Below are positions 26,501-37,212 of a DNA stretch of 64,000 nucleotides, in pieces. Position numbers and translations under genes: made by a program. The notes under the pieces were generated by a model. It did not search any database. It saw only the letters and a list, made by a program, of their open reading frames with translations, and was not told the origin of the DNA. Position 1 is the stretch's first letter, and every line of letters starts with the position of its first letter. The stretch lies in the NCBI RefSeq assembly GCF_964204645.1, contig NC_134034.1, positions 4,562,914 through 4,626,913 of the forward strand, in the 5' to 3' direction. The DNA comes from Tubulanus polymorphus (taxonomy: Eukaryota; Animalia; Nemertea).

Positions 26501-28652
26501 ATATCCTGAAAATATAAAGTTTAAAACAAGAAACTTACCTTATTGCCCAGAACATTTAACTGTAAATGATAGTTATTTAAGTGAATACCAGAAGAAAATA
26601 AAACCGAAAGATCATGTTTTTACAGAAAAATTAATACTTACTCAAAATAATAAATACAATTATATTGTTCATTATAGAATGTTAAAATTTTATCTAAAAC
26701 AGGGAATGAAATTAAAGAAAGGACATAGATATATTGAATTTAATCAATCGAAGTGGTTAGAAAAATATATAGATTTCAATACTCAACAGAGAACCATATC
26801 AAAAATAGATTTTGAAAAAGATTTCTTCAAATTAATGAACAATAGTTTTTATGGTAAAACATGCGAAAGTATTAGAAATAGAAACGATATTGAATTAGTA
26901 AATAATTCTGAAAGATTAAGACATTTACAATCAAGTCCTAGACATTTAGGAAATAAAAGATTTGAAGATTATTTAACAGCAGTTAAATTAAAAAGAACGT
27001 CAATGAAATTTAATAAACCTATATTTATTGGTTCGACTGTTTTAGAAATATCAAAATTATTAATGTATGATTTTTATTATAATGTTTTACAACCACTTTT
27101 GGGGAAAAGCATATTGAAATATTATATTTTGATTCTGTAACAGCTGACAACCCATATTATTAAAATGTAATGCTAAAATATTGATAAGAAGAATTTCAGA
27201 AATAATTCCAAAACAAAATGAATGTTATATTTCATATGGTGAAAAAGAATTAATACAAATAAATGGTTTAATGGATGTTTGGACAAGAAATGGATGGAAA
27301 AAATTAAAGAATATTATTAGGCATAAAACAAATAAGAAAATCTATAGAGTTAGAACTAAATTAGGATTTGTAGATGTTACAGAAGATCATAGTTTAATTA
27401 AACGAAATGGCGATGAAATAAAACCAACTAATATAAAAATTGGAGATGAATTATTACATAAAAGATTTTTCCAAAGAATAAATCATATGTCATTTGATGA
27501 AATAATTGATAATATTTATAATATAGAACCCGAAACATTAGAAGAAAAAGAATATTTTATCAAAGGATTTTTCATGGGAGATGGTTCAGCAGGTGTGTAT
27601 AATTATGTTTGGGGTAATAAATATTGTTGGTATTTATGCAATCAAGACTTAAAATTATTAGAAAGAATAAAGAAATTCTGTGAAGAAGTTTATCCAAATA
27701 AAACATTTAGAATCATGGATGTTATGAAATCATCAGCAGTTTATAGAATACTTGTAAATAATCCTAAAGATTTTGCTATAAAATATGATGATGAATTCTA
27801 TATTCATGCAATAGTTAAAAGTAATACTTCAACAAAAGAAAAGATAGTTCCAGATTATGTATTAAATGCAAAAGATAATTTAAGAAAATGGTTCTTCATT
27901 GGATTCTACGCAGCAGATGGTACTAAAAAATTTACAAATGATAAAAAGATAACCTTTGCACAGAAAGGAAAAGTTGCTATATCAGGATTGAATATATTAT
28001 GCAGTTCATTAGGATTTAATATGAATATAGAATTAATTCAATCTAAACCAAATTATTTTAATTTAAGGCATGTAGAAAAAGATTTAACTGAAGAAGTTAA
28101 AGATTTATTTGAAATATATAACCCAACTGACTATGTTTATGATTTATCAACAGATGATGGAACATTCAATTCTGGGTTCTCATTAATCCAAAAAATACCG
28201 ATAGTTACATACTAAAAATCAAGACAAATGATATAACAAAAGACTTAAAAACATTAAAACATCATTTTGATTTTAGCAATTATCCCAAAGATCATGAACT
28301 ATTTAGCAATGATAATAAATAGATTCCCGGTAAATTTAAAGATGAACTAGGGGGTGATGAAATGATTGAATTTGTTGGGATAAGAAGTAAAATGTATAGT
28401 TATAGAACAAAAGATCATGAAGCTAAAAAGTTAAAAGGAATAACAAAACATGTGGTTGATAAACATATAGAATTTCAAGATTATATAAAGTGTTTATATA
28501 ACTCAATTGTAATGAAACACAAAATGAATTGTTTAAGATCAGAAGATCACGAGATGTACATTAATGAAGTTGAAAAAACTAGTTTGAATCCATTTGATGA
28601 TAAAAGGCATATTTTAGATGATGGTATAAAAACATTACCTTATGGTTATTAA
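23589..28652 (+). pseudogene. polB: Protein-primed family B DNA polymerase with intein; disrupted by frameshifts and a stop (ORFs 23589-25220, 25341-27140, 27181-28215, 28362-28652)
   Basis: N-terminal C2H2 fingers; INVQNEDNKCFLWS; ExoI IYGDFES; Endonuclease VII/HNH-like RDHDHLNSKYRGAAHEDCN; ExoII FHNLSGYDTH; IRFLDSYRFL; ExoIII YLKSDV; SIRGG; motif A YIDANNLYG; motif B KLMNNSFYGK; motif C YFD|intein|TDS; GKFKDE; RSKMYS; KLKGI; DDKR. Confidence 0.95.
27134..28196 (+). other. Intein with LAGLIDADG homing endonuclease in PolB motif C (copy 1)
   Basis: Block A starts SVTAD immediately after YFD; block B VTEDHS; LAGLIDADG motifs FIKGFFMGDGS and FFIGFYAADG; block F YVYDLSTDDGTF; ends KN followed by TDSY. 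One frameshift near each end; ~355 aa when restored. Confidence 0.93.
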
Positions 28653-29965
28653 AACATAAAATCAATATCATCATAATCGAAATCACTATTGGCTTCTTCA
28701 TTTTCATTTAATTTTTTAGGTTCTTCTTCCATTCCATTTTTCTGATTTACATAAAGTTCTATCTTGTTCCACATTTCATCTCGCTCTCTTTGTTTCTTTT
28801 TGTTTGTTAATTCGTCAAATGGAATTATAATATCTAGGTTTAAATAATTTACAATCTTATTTAAATAGAATTCATAATTTATTGAATCTGTTATTCTATT
28901 TTCCAAATGATACATTAATATTTGTTTGAATATTTTTTTTTATATTTTTCATATCTTCTTCTGTTAATTTAGGTTTTTCATAATAATCGTTAAGTAATAA
29001 ATATAAATACATTTTCTTTTGTTTTGTGTTAAATGTTGATGGAATAATTGTTTTTATAATATCTTTTTTAATTATTTCACCATTTTTATTTTCTATTATT
29101 TTTATTTTTTCAAGCCATTGCATATATTCTGGTGTATGATCTTCTATAGAACATATTTTGAAATTTCATCTAGATAATTTAATTTTGGATCTATGAGAAA
29201 ATTTCTAGTTTTTTCTTCACCCAATAAATTCTTTTGCCATCCACATTCATTACAAAATAACACAGTACCTTCTTGTTTTAAGGTCGCATAACTACATTGT
29301 GGGCATTTTTGTTTATAATTTATTGGTAATAGATCTTCATTAAGCTCTTGGTATTTTCTTACGTTTTCTTTATGTTTTATTGTTCTATTATGTAGATTTG
29401 AATTACTTGTTGTAATAATCAATTTACAATATTTACAATGATATGTTTTTCTTGTTAATTCATTATATTGTTTTTCTAACTTTTCAACTGTTTCTTTATT
29501 ATCTGGTAACGTTTTCTCATATTTTATTTTTTCTAATACATTATGTTTTCTTTCGTTGAATTCAGTTTCAAATTTATTAGAAATTTTATCTATATGTGCT
29601 TTACGAAATTGATGATTCTCCCAATCTTCTATATTTTCAGGGTTATATTTCATTCGACAAGGCTCACAGAAATGATCTTTTATATTATCCGTATCATAGA
29701 ATAAGAAAGGTCTTTTCCAAATAACTTCAGGTTCAACTTCAGCAGAATTACTATTACTTTCATTACTACCAACATTAGCCGTTGCGCCATTAATTCTACA
29801 CTTCTCTGAATGTTTTTTAACATAATTTCTTGAAAATAATTTATTACATTTTGGACAGTTTAGTTTAGGGGGTTTATAATTTTCATCATGTTTTTTCATA
29901 TGTCGAGCCATATTACTTTTTCTTAGAAGTTCACCACAAATTTCGCATGCTATCTTCTCATCCAT
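28649..29965 (-). pseudogene. Multi-zinc-finger protein (one gene split into three ORFs by frameshifts)
   Basis: CEICGELLRKSNMARHMKKH, CPKC, CKYC..H..H, CPQC..CNEC. Copy 2 reads through the junctions between these three ORFs in frame. Confidence 0.8.
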
Positions 29966-30033
29966 TTATTTAGGAAAAATTTTATTAAAATTAATTTTTA
30001 GTGATGAGCGGTAATTTTTTTATGTTATAAATA
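29966..30033. promoter_or_regulatory. Divergent promoter region between the zinc-finger and minor capsid genes
   Basis: 68-bp gap conserved in copy 2 (57034-57101). T-tract plus ATAAAT on both strands, and a CTCATCAC box shared with the TIRs. Confidence 0.55.
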
Positions 30034-30686
30034 ATGGTAGAATTAAAAGAATACAGAATATTTGTTGATTCTAGAAGACTTACAAATTATAAATCACATA
30101 ATTTACCAGTACAATTAGATAGAGAATTTAAGAATTGTGTAGATTTAAAATTAGTCAATATAAGTTTATGCAATTCTTTTTATAATACATCGAATAAAAC
30201 TGTTGAACATAGAGCCTTTTTAATTTTTGATAAAGGTAAAAATGAATGGTTCTCTATATTTTTAAAACCTGGGTTATATAATTTAGATACATTAGTACAA
30301 GAAATTAATAGAAAAGCCTGGCACAAATTAGGTAGTAGTTCTGGGTTTGGTATTAGATTTTAAAAAAGTGAGAGTTCTGATAGAATAAAGATAAGGTTGT
30401 CTAATAGTGAAAAACATAAATTTATGGTAAAAAAAACCTATAGCTAAACTGTTAGGAATTCTTCCTGATAGATCTTTTACAAATATTGACGCTACTACAC
30501 CAAACTTAATACCTTACACACATTTTTATAACGCAAATAAATTATAATTTAACAGAATGTGATTTCAAACCATGCATTCCTCGTTTTAATAATTTTAGAT
30601 TAGAAATAAGAAATCATAATGGATACTTAATTGATTTAAATAATTTCCCTGTAATTTATGAATTAGTTATAAGATGTAGAGAGTAA
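30034..30686 (+). pseudogene. Minor capsid (penton-like) protein, frameshifted and internally deleted
   Basis: IFVDSR...LDREFKNCVDLKLVNISLCNSFYN...PGLYN; C-terminal LEIRNHNGYLIDLN. The pattern is typical of single jelly-roll minor capsid proteins. Confidence 0.65.
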
Positions 30687-30702
30687 TTTTTTCACTATAT
30701 AA

Positions 30703-31041
30703 ATGAATATAACTGTTGGACCGAGTATATGTTTTGGGTTTGATTTTAAACATGGTAAAGAAATGAGAATTAAACTAAATGATGTAATTACTGATATAAA
30801 AAGTAAATCATTTAACAATGCATTAATGATTAATAAAGAAAATCATAATATAGAAAAAGTAATTGATTTAATTAAATCACCTTTAGAATATTATGAATTA
30901 AATGAAGATGGAATTATTGAAGATATTAAAAACATATTAACCGAAATATATGATAATCATAAAAGTAGTAATGAAATAAATGTTGAATTATTCATAAATA
31001 AGATAACTAAATATTTTGAAGATAGTAATTTGTTTGATTAA
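30703..31041 (+). CDS. Polinton hypothetical protein
   Basis: Intact 112-aa ORF, ATAAATG start, homolog at 55842-56232. Confidence 0.7.
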   Translation: MNITVGPSICFGFDFKHGKEMRIKLNDVITDIKSKSFNNALMINKENHNIEKVIDLIKSPLEYYELNEDGIIEDIKNILTEIYDNHKSSNEINVELFINKITKYFEDSNLFD

Positions 31042-31669
31042 TAAATGAGTGATAATAAGTGGATAATAACTGGATTATATAATGGAGCATTACTATCCGT
31101 TGGAACTGTTGGTTATTCAATGGTATTAAAAAAAGTATTTAAAATGGGAAGTGTTAATGTTGATAGATTTGATATAAATGATATTTTAAAATTAACATTA
31201 GCAGTTACTTTATCCAGGGAAGTGTGATGAGATGGAATACGGACGCTATTGTGCAGCTCTTGTCGAATGTGCGTTGTAATTGCCCTAAAGCCGATAACGG
31301 TTCGTCGGCGAGCGCTTTGTTACGTAACGCGCCGATAAGCGATAACCAGCGAGATCGGGAATCTCCGTAATAATTCAGTTGTTTCCGAATATCGGTTTTT
31401 CATCCCACAATAAACTTATATAAAAATTCCTCTGTAAACTGGTTAAACTCAACACCTGATTTCCCCTCATCAATTTTAGTCGATCAACTTGTATTCACAA
31501 TTGTCTTAAATTTAAGTGCCCCCTAGTTTGTCTCTTAACTGCTTCTCTTTAATCTGTTTTAGCGTGTAACTGTTTCTACGTTAATTTTCCTTTAGTTAGT
31601 ATCATCTCTGATTACTTGAATTAGTCTCTTTGTCTCTGGATTGTATATATCTCTCATAATTTCTGTATT

Positions 31670-31720
31670 ATTCATTATTTCTGAAGATGACTATTAGGAC
31701 ATAGACGAAACGTTGAATAA
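31670..31720 (+). ncRNA. Degenerate hammerhead-like motif in a Penelope pLTR-like remnant inside the TIR transposon
   Basis: CTGAAGA-tgactattaggacatagac-GAAACGT, preceded by a pyrimidine-rich tract as in the Penelope pLTR at 60730-61090. Confidence 0.45.
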
Positions 31721-32334
31721 ACTACTAACATTTTTGGACTTTTTCGTTATCATTGTGCGATTCTCTCTACATCGCTTCAGACGGATATAGTGTTTTATCA
31801 ATCGTGATATCGGTTCTTTCTGCTGTATTAAAATGGCAACGGTTGTCAACGAAATTATAAATGATGACGATTTTGACGATCTATTCTTTGATAGTGACGA
31901 ATTGGTTCAGATCGATACGGAAATATTACGGGAATCCGCTGGATCAGGATCAACTAATTCGGCCGATTCTAGTGAGTGTTATTCCTTTTGAATCAATGAA
32001 ATATCGGAATAGTTTCCACCTAATTGCAGGCACTTTATTCTTTCCTTTTCTTTTTCATATAGGTACTTCTCAGGCTCAGCTGACCAGAGACTGCGAACTG
32101 AACACGAGAAAACACACATACAGGTATTTTTTAAAATTTATTTTTATAATCAATACAATCCTTTTAGGTTATAAAATAATAAACGAATACAGAAAATAAT
32201 ATATAAACATAATATAAAAAATCCAGATAAGTACATGTTAAAATAATAATCATTATTATTATCTTCGCAGGAACACTATATATTTGGAAAAGGCTATGAC
32301 TGAAGTGATTAACCATCGAGTATTTAAATTCAGT

Positions 32335-32679
32335 TCAAATGGAATGGCAGCAGTACATTATGGAAAATCGATCGATAAAATTTTGACTACAAATACGTCG
32401 CCGTCCAGACTTGGAATTAACCAGTGGTTTACATGTCCATTGTTTTAATTTGATAGTCACAGGGACAGTTTTTTTAACGTTTTTGTTCTTACGCCATTTT
32501 TGTAATTTGACACGACACATATTACAGATATATATCGGGTACTGTTCAGTATCATCATCAAAATCAATGTTGAACAACTCCTTCACATGGCTTTTGAAAT
32601 TATTTTTATCGTTAGGACGACGATCCGGAGGTTTCGCATTTTTTCCACACAATCGACAAAGATCCATGACTAAAAACAA
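32335..32679 (-). CDS. Zinc-binding module resembling the RAG1 N-terminal / Chapaev 'Chapa' domain; truncated transposase N-terminus
   Basis: LCRLCG-x~23-LFNIDFDDDTEQYPIYICNMC. Confidence 0.6.
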   Translation of the reverse strand: MFLVMDLCRLCGKNAKPPDRRPNDKNNFKSHVKELFNIDFDDDTEQYPIYICNMCRVKLQKWRKNKNVKKTVPVTIKLKQWTCKPLVNSKSGRRRICSQNFIDRFSIMYCCHSI

Positions 32680-33456
32680 GAAAAGGTTAATTAAATGAGA
32701 TTGCTGATGCTATTTAGGCAACTTGGATTATATGGGGGACAATAATTTGTAGGCCTAATGTAAGCGTTATTAAGTAACATTATTATGTAGTAAATACACA
32801 TTTTAAAGATCATACTTCGTGTATATGTTTGTGTCGTAACATAGCAACATGACGTCAGAAACGAAAGCTGCGCGAGTCTGGGCCGAAATATTTGACATCT
32901 TCAAGGCCCAAATAACGCTAAACCCGGAATCGGAACGAACTGGCAAAAACATATGTTTAACACATAAAAACAGACTTTAATCACAATATAAATACTTAAT
33001 GTTCCGATACCGGGTTTCGGAGATATAGAAGAATAAAAATACATACCTTTTTGGACAAATTTTACGAGAAATTGTTGAATTTCAGCCGATTTTCTAGAGA
33101 AAAATATGTGTATACACAGCCACTTCCACGTTGTTCAATGAGCTGCAGTGCGCATGCGTAGTATCGATCGCAGAACATTTATCGGGCTAAAACAGTATTG
33201 CGGGTTGTTCTGCGACCGAATCAAAGTTGATGTTGACTGGTGTTCAGCTGGTAACACACACTCGATAAGCGTAGCTTACTGCTGTTGCGGTAACCTTTGA
33301 TGTACGGGCTGAATTGAATAGCCTACATCCGGCAATTAAAAGCGTCCGTATTCCATCTCATCACACTTCCCTGCTTTATCTAATTTAACTATTGATTATT
33401 TAGAAAAACAAAAATATATTCCTCCCATATAAATGCGTAATTATTTTACTAAATAA

Positions 33457-33882
33457 ATGGCTTCTGCAATTATAACTATTATAGGATCGGCAATTGTTAA
33501 CGCTTTGGCATTTACTGGTGGTGGTTATTTATTTAAACATATTAATAAAAATAGTTCATTAGGAGAACAAAGAAGACATAACTTAGCATCAGAGAAATAT
33601 AATAATAAAGCAGCAGAAGAATACAGAGAAAAACGACAAAACTATATGGATTATATCAACAAGGAATTATATGATCAGAAGATTTCACATAGAGATTTTC
33701 AATCAGTTGATGATGCAATGAGTTTATATAACGCAGTAACAAATAAAGAAAAATTACATCTATACAAACCTAAATTATCAGATTATTATACCCCAAGTAA
33801 AGAACAACAGAAATATGAAATAATATGGATTTTAGGTGGAACAGTTATTGTTATATTTGTAGCATATAAATTTACTAATTAG
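33457..33882 (+). CDS. Polinton membrane protein with N- and C-terminal hydrophobic segments
   Basis: MASAIITIIGSAIVNALAFTGGGYLF and IIWILGGTVIVIFVAY; homolog at 55170-55589. Confidence 0.8.
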   Translation: MASAIITIIGSAIVNALAFTGGGYLFKHINKNSSLGEQRRHNLASEKYNNKAAEEYREKRQNYMDYINKELYDQKISHRDFQSVDDAMSLYNAVTNKEKLHLYKPKLSDYYTPSKEQQKYEIIWILGGTVIVIFVAYKFTN

Positions 33883-33901
33883 TAATTTTTTTGCTTAATA
33901 A

Positions 33902-34317
33902 ATGGAAGATAAAGTTGACAATATTGATATTATTCCTCATGATATAAATAAAACTAATTAAAAACATATTTAGAAAAACAAATATTAGAATTTGAAAGTG
34001 AAAAATATTTAAAAAGTTAAATTATATATTATCTTATTATCAGTGGTTCGGTTACAATTAGTTCTGTAATAACATTTCTAGCAATATTCAGTCCATTTAC
34101 ACCTTTAGCTATATCAATTGGCGTGTTAGGATTAAGTTCAAGTGTTTTAACCGGTATAAGTTCAAAATTAAATATAAAAAGTAATAAAGAAAAAATTAAA
34201 ACTAATATAAAAGAAATTAATAAATTAAAGAACACACCAGATTATATCATAAGTTTAAATGGTCATATAACAGTTGAAGAACAAGATAAATTATTAAAAG
34301 AATTAATAAATTATTAA
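33902..34317 (+). pseudogene. Two-TM coiled-coil protein (intact in copy 2)
   Basis: Homolog of 54717-55151, with stops and a deletion here. Confidence 0.8.
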
Positions 34318-34333
34318 TTTTTTAATTATATAA

Positions 34334-35723
34334 ATGGTAGATAGTTTTCCAAAAGCTTTCCAATATAATAAATCAATTAAATATAATATTCCAGCAATAG
34401 ATTTTAATAAAGATATTACATATAGAAATGAAGTTTTAGATTCATTAACTAATTTAGAAATTTATGTCACTGAAACTAATAATTTTAATGCAAAGATGGA
34501 AAATATATTTCATGTATATTTAATTGATTTTAAAAAATTGAAAGATGAAAAACAATGGTTATTAAAATCTAATATGAAGTATTGGCAGAACCAATTAAAT
34601 TTTGCTGTTTATTGTGCAACAACAGGTTGTGGAATTAGTTGGAATGATCATTTGAATAATTCTAAATATAAATTAATTCAAAGTTTATTTAGATTTCATA
34701 CATACTTTCAAATCAGAATAATATTAAATGAATTAGAGTGCGCTTTACCAGGATCTAGGTATTTTAAGGAATTAGATAATAATATTAATTAATCAAAGTT
34801 TTATAAAATTTGTAATGAATTTAATATAGATATAAATAATTCTGATTTTAGAACAAAAATTGGAACAATAAGATCACTTCCTTGCCCTAAAAAGATTGCA
34901 GAATATTGTGCACTTCCCATACCATCTAATAGTTTTTATAATATCTATAATAATAAATGAGGTTATGGTAAAATAGAAACTAAGGATTTAGAAACATTAA
35001 ATTTCAATAAATTACCGAAATTTTATGATCAATTAAAACAAGAAAACAATAATGGTTGGGTTTATTTTATTTTAGAAAATAATGAAGGTTTTACAAAATC
35101 AGGTATAGACAGAATAAATCAATCTATTAGAACTTATTTGATAAGTATTCTAGGTGCACAAGTTGAAACAAGATCACCGATAATTGGAAATTTGAATACA
35201 TCATTCGATACACAAAAACAATTTAAAGTTTTATTTGAAGATTCAATTCATAATGATAAAAATAGATCGATTCCAGAAAACATTGTAAGATATCAAAATT
35301 ATTTAGATAAATCAGATATTAGATTAAATTATTGTATAGGCACTAATCTATTAATAATTTCTAATGATTTAGTATTAAAGATGGGAAATATAATTGGTTA
35401 TAATAATCTAATTAAAACTGCAACAATAAATAATTCATTTGGATTAAATGATATAAATAAAAAAGATAATTACTGCTCCAAAATTAATGGAAGGTGAAAA
35501 AAATAAAAAACATATTCAATCAACAGAAACTAAAACTTAGAATATTAAATTGGATAATGATTCCAAAATAAAAGATTACAATACTACAGAAAATATTAAA
35601 ACTGATAATATTCAACATGATATAATTAAAACTGATAATGATAATAAATCCCATGAAAATACTAAATTAGCTTTAACTTGTATAGGAATTGTTATAGGTG
35701 GAATATTATATTTTAAATTTTAA
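34334..35723 (+). pseudogene. Conserved Polinton protein (NMKYWQNQLNF..ATTGCG family) with C-terminal TM segment
   Basis: Homolog of the intact 434-aa ORF 53396-54700; internal stops and a frameshift. Confidence 0.8.
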
Positions 35724-35739
35724 TTTTTCTATTATATAA

Positions 35740-37188
35740 ATGGATGTAGAAGGTGGAGAAGATATTGGAATGGATAATTTTGATGAACCTGGTATAAGTG
35801 ATGAACAACCACCTGATTTTGATGAAACAAGTTTCAGTAACGAAAATGAAACAGCATATAATTCTAATTTAAATACAACTGCATATATTGATAAAACACG
35901 TTCAAAGATAAATACTGAAAATGAAGTTACAGAAATAACAAAAAAAGAATTAGAATATGACGAATTAACTGATGATTTCAAACCAATATTAGAAAAATCT
36001 GGATTCAATATAACAAATAAAGGTGTAAATTATTTAGTAAAAGATTTGAAATATTTAAATGGTGATTCTTATTGGCATTTGAAAGATGACTATTATTTTA
36101 AGATTTCTTCTAATAAAAGTCTTGATAAAATAATAACAAAATCAACTTTTATTAAATTAGAACAATCTAGAATTAAGAAAATCAATAATGATGTTATAAC
36201 TGATGTTACAGAACAAGAGATAAATCAAAGTAGAAGAGAATTTAATCGAAGAAATAAAGATTTTTTGAAGATAATTAGTGAAAATTTAGAGCCAGAAACA
36301 ATTCCTAAAGAAGATATAACTTCCAAAACTAGTAGACCTAATTCAAGAGAAGTTCAAACTGAAAAACTTTTACCGAAGGGATTACTTGATGCAACAGATC
36401 AACAATTAGAAGATTTAGATATATTTTCTGGTAAAGCAATAAGAGAAATTGAAAGTATAAGACATGCATCTGATAAAATTGCGCATGAAAAAGAAATAAG
36501 AGATATTAAAATTAGATTTTTAGAAAAAGAATTAACTGATAAAAATAAAGAAATAGAAAAAATAAAATTAGATAGAGATAATAAAGTTATTGAAGAAAAT
36601 GAATTTAGAAAAAGAAATGCGTATTTAGAAAAAGAAAAAGATGATTTAGAATATAACATAGAATTACAAAAAGAAGAAATTAAATTATTATTAAAATCAT
36701 ATGATTATAATATTAGTAGATTAAAAGATGTTTTTAAAAGATATCTAATAAAACCAGATTCTAAAATATCATTGAAAGATAGAATAAAATTATTATTTAA
36801 GTTTGAAGGAATAACAATTCTTTCAATTCTAACAGCTGTAACTATGTTATTTACAACAATTGGTTTAGCAATATCAAATGCTTTGAAATCTACTCCTACT
36901 CCCAATAAAGCGGATAAACCTCCAGATAATAATTCTATACAAGATAAAGTTAAAGATGGTTTAAAGAAATTAGCAAAATATTTATGGGAACTATCTAAAA
37001 AATCTGCTGCAGCTTTACCAGGAATTATTGCATCAATTGTTGGTTTTATATTGAAATCTGCTGGGAATATTCTTAAATTTGCTGCTGAACATATTATTTT
37101 ATTTTTAATTACAGTTCTAAGTGCAATTATATTTTGGTTAGTGAATATGATATCAAAAAGATATCAAGAAAAAAATAATAAAAAATAA
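35740..37188 (+). CDS. Acidic N-terminus, coiled-coil, multi-TM protein
   Basis: Intact 482 aa with a long coiled coil, then ITILSILTAVTMLFTTIGLAI, LPGIIASIVGFIL and IILFLITVLSAIIFWLV. Confidence 0.85.
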   Translation: MDVEGGEDIGMDNFDEPGISDEQPPDFDETSFSNENETAYNSNLNTTAYIDKTRSKINTENEVTEITKKELEYDELTDDFKPILEKSGFNITNKGVNYLVKDLKYLNGDSYWHLKDDYYFKISSNKSLDKIITKSTFIKLEQSRIKKINNDVITDVTEQEINQSRREFNRRNKDFLKIISENLEPETIPKEDITSKTSRPNSREVQTEKLLPKGLLDATDQQLEDLDIFSGKAIREIESIRHASDKIAHEKEIRDIKIRFLEKELTDKNKEIEKIKLDRDNKVIEENEFRKRNAYLEKEKDDLEYNIELQKEEIKLLLKSYDYNISRLKDVFKRYLIKPDSKISLKDRIKLLFKFEGITILSILTAVTMLFTTIGLAISNALKSTPTPNKADKPPDNNSIQDKVKDGLKKLAKYLWELSKKSAAALPGIIASIVGFILKSAGNILKFAAEHIILFLITVLSAIIFWLVNMISKRYQEKNNKK

Positions 37189-37212
37189 ATAATTAATTTT
37201 TTTGTTAAATAA

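Larger units (their letters stand above)
31215..33373 (-). mobile_element. Non-autonomous cut-and-paste DNA transposon, 33-bp perfect TIRs, 7-bp TSD
   Basis: TIR cagggaagtgtgatgagatggaatacggacgct at 31215-31247 and 33341-33373. TSD ctttatc at 31208-31214 and 33374-33380. The empty site is present in copy 2. Confidence 0.95.
31045..33432 (+). pseudogene. Small hydrophobic protein (73 aa in copy 2) disrupted by the TIR transposon
   Basis: MSDNKWII...LAVTLS | insertion | NLTIDYLEKQKYIPPI; intact at 55614-55835. Confidence 0.85.

Noticed and set aside
27181-28215. Free-standing homing endonuclease gene or group I intron ORF
   Set aside because: Flanked by intein blocks A/B/F/G, and both junctions are in frame with PolB in copy 2. 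The separate ORF results from frameshifts.
23589-28652. Programmed frameshifting in PolB
   Set aside because: Breaks fall at different positions in the two copies where they overlap, often in homopolymers. Decay or sequencing error is simpler.
31215-31247. RSS-like ends of a ProtoRAG/Transib transposon
   Set aside because: Termini are CAGGG, not CAC; the TSD is 7 bp, not 5; no RAG1 core or RAG2-like ORF is visible.
35706-36905. Antisense ORFs over Polinton genes (also 26162, 34029, 41004, 50294, 52167, 52685, and 59432 over the Penelope ORF)
   Set aside because: Shadow frames of real genes with no motifs and no ATAAATG starts.
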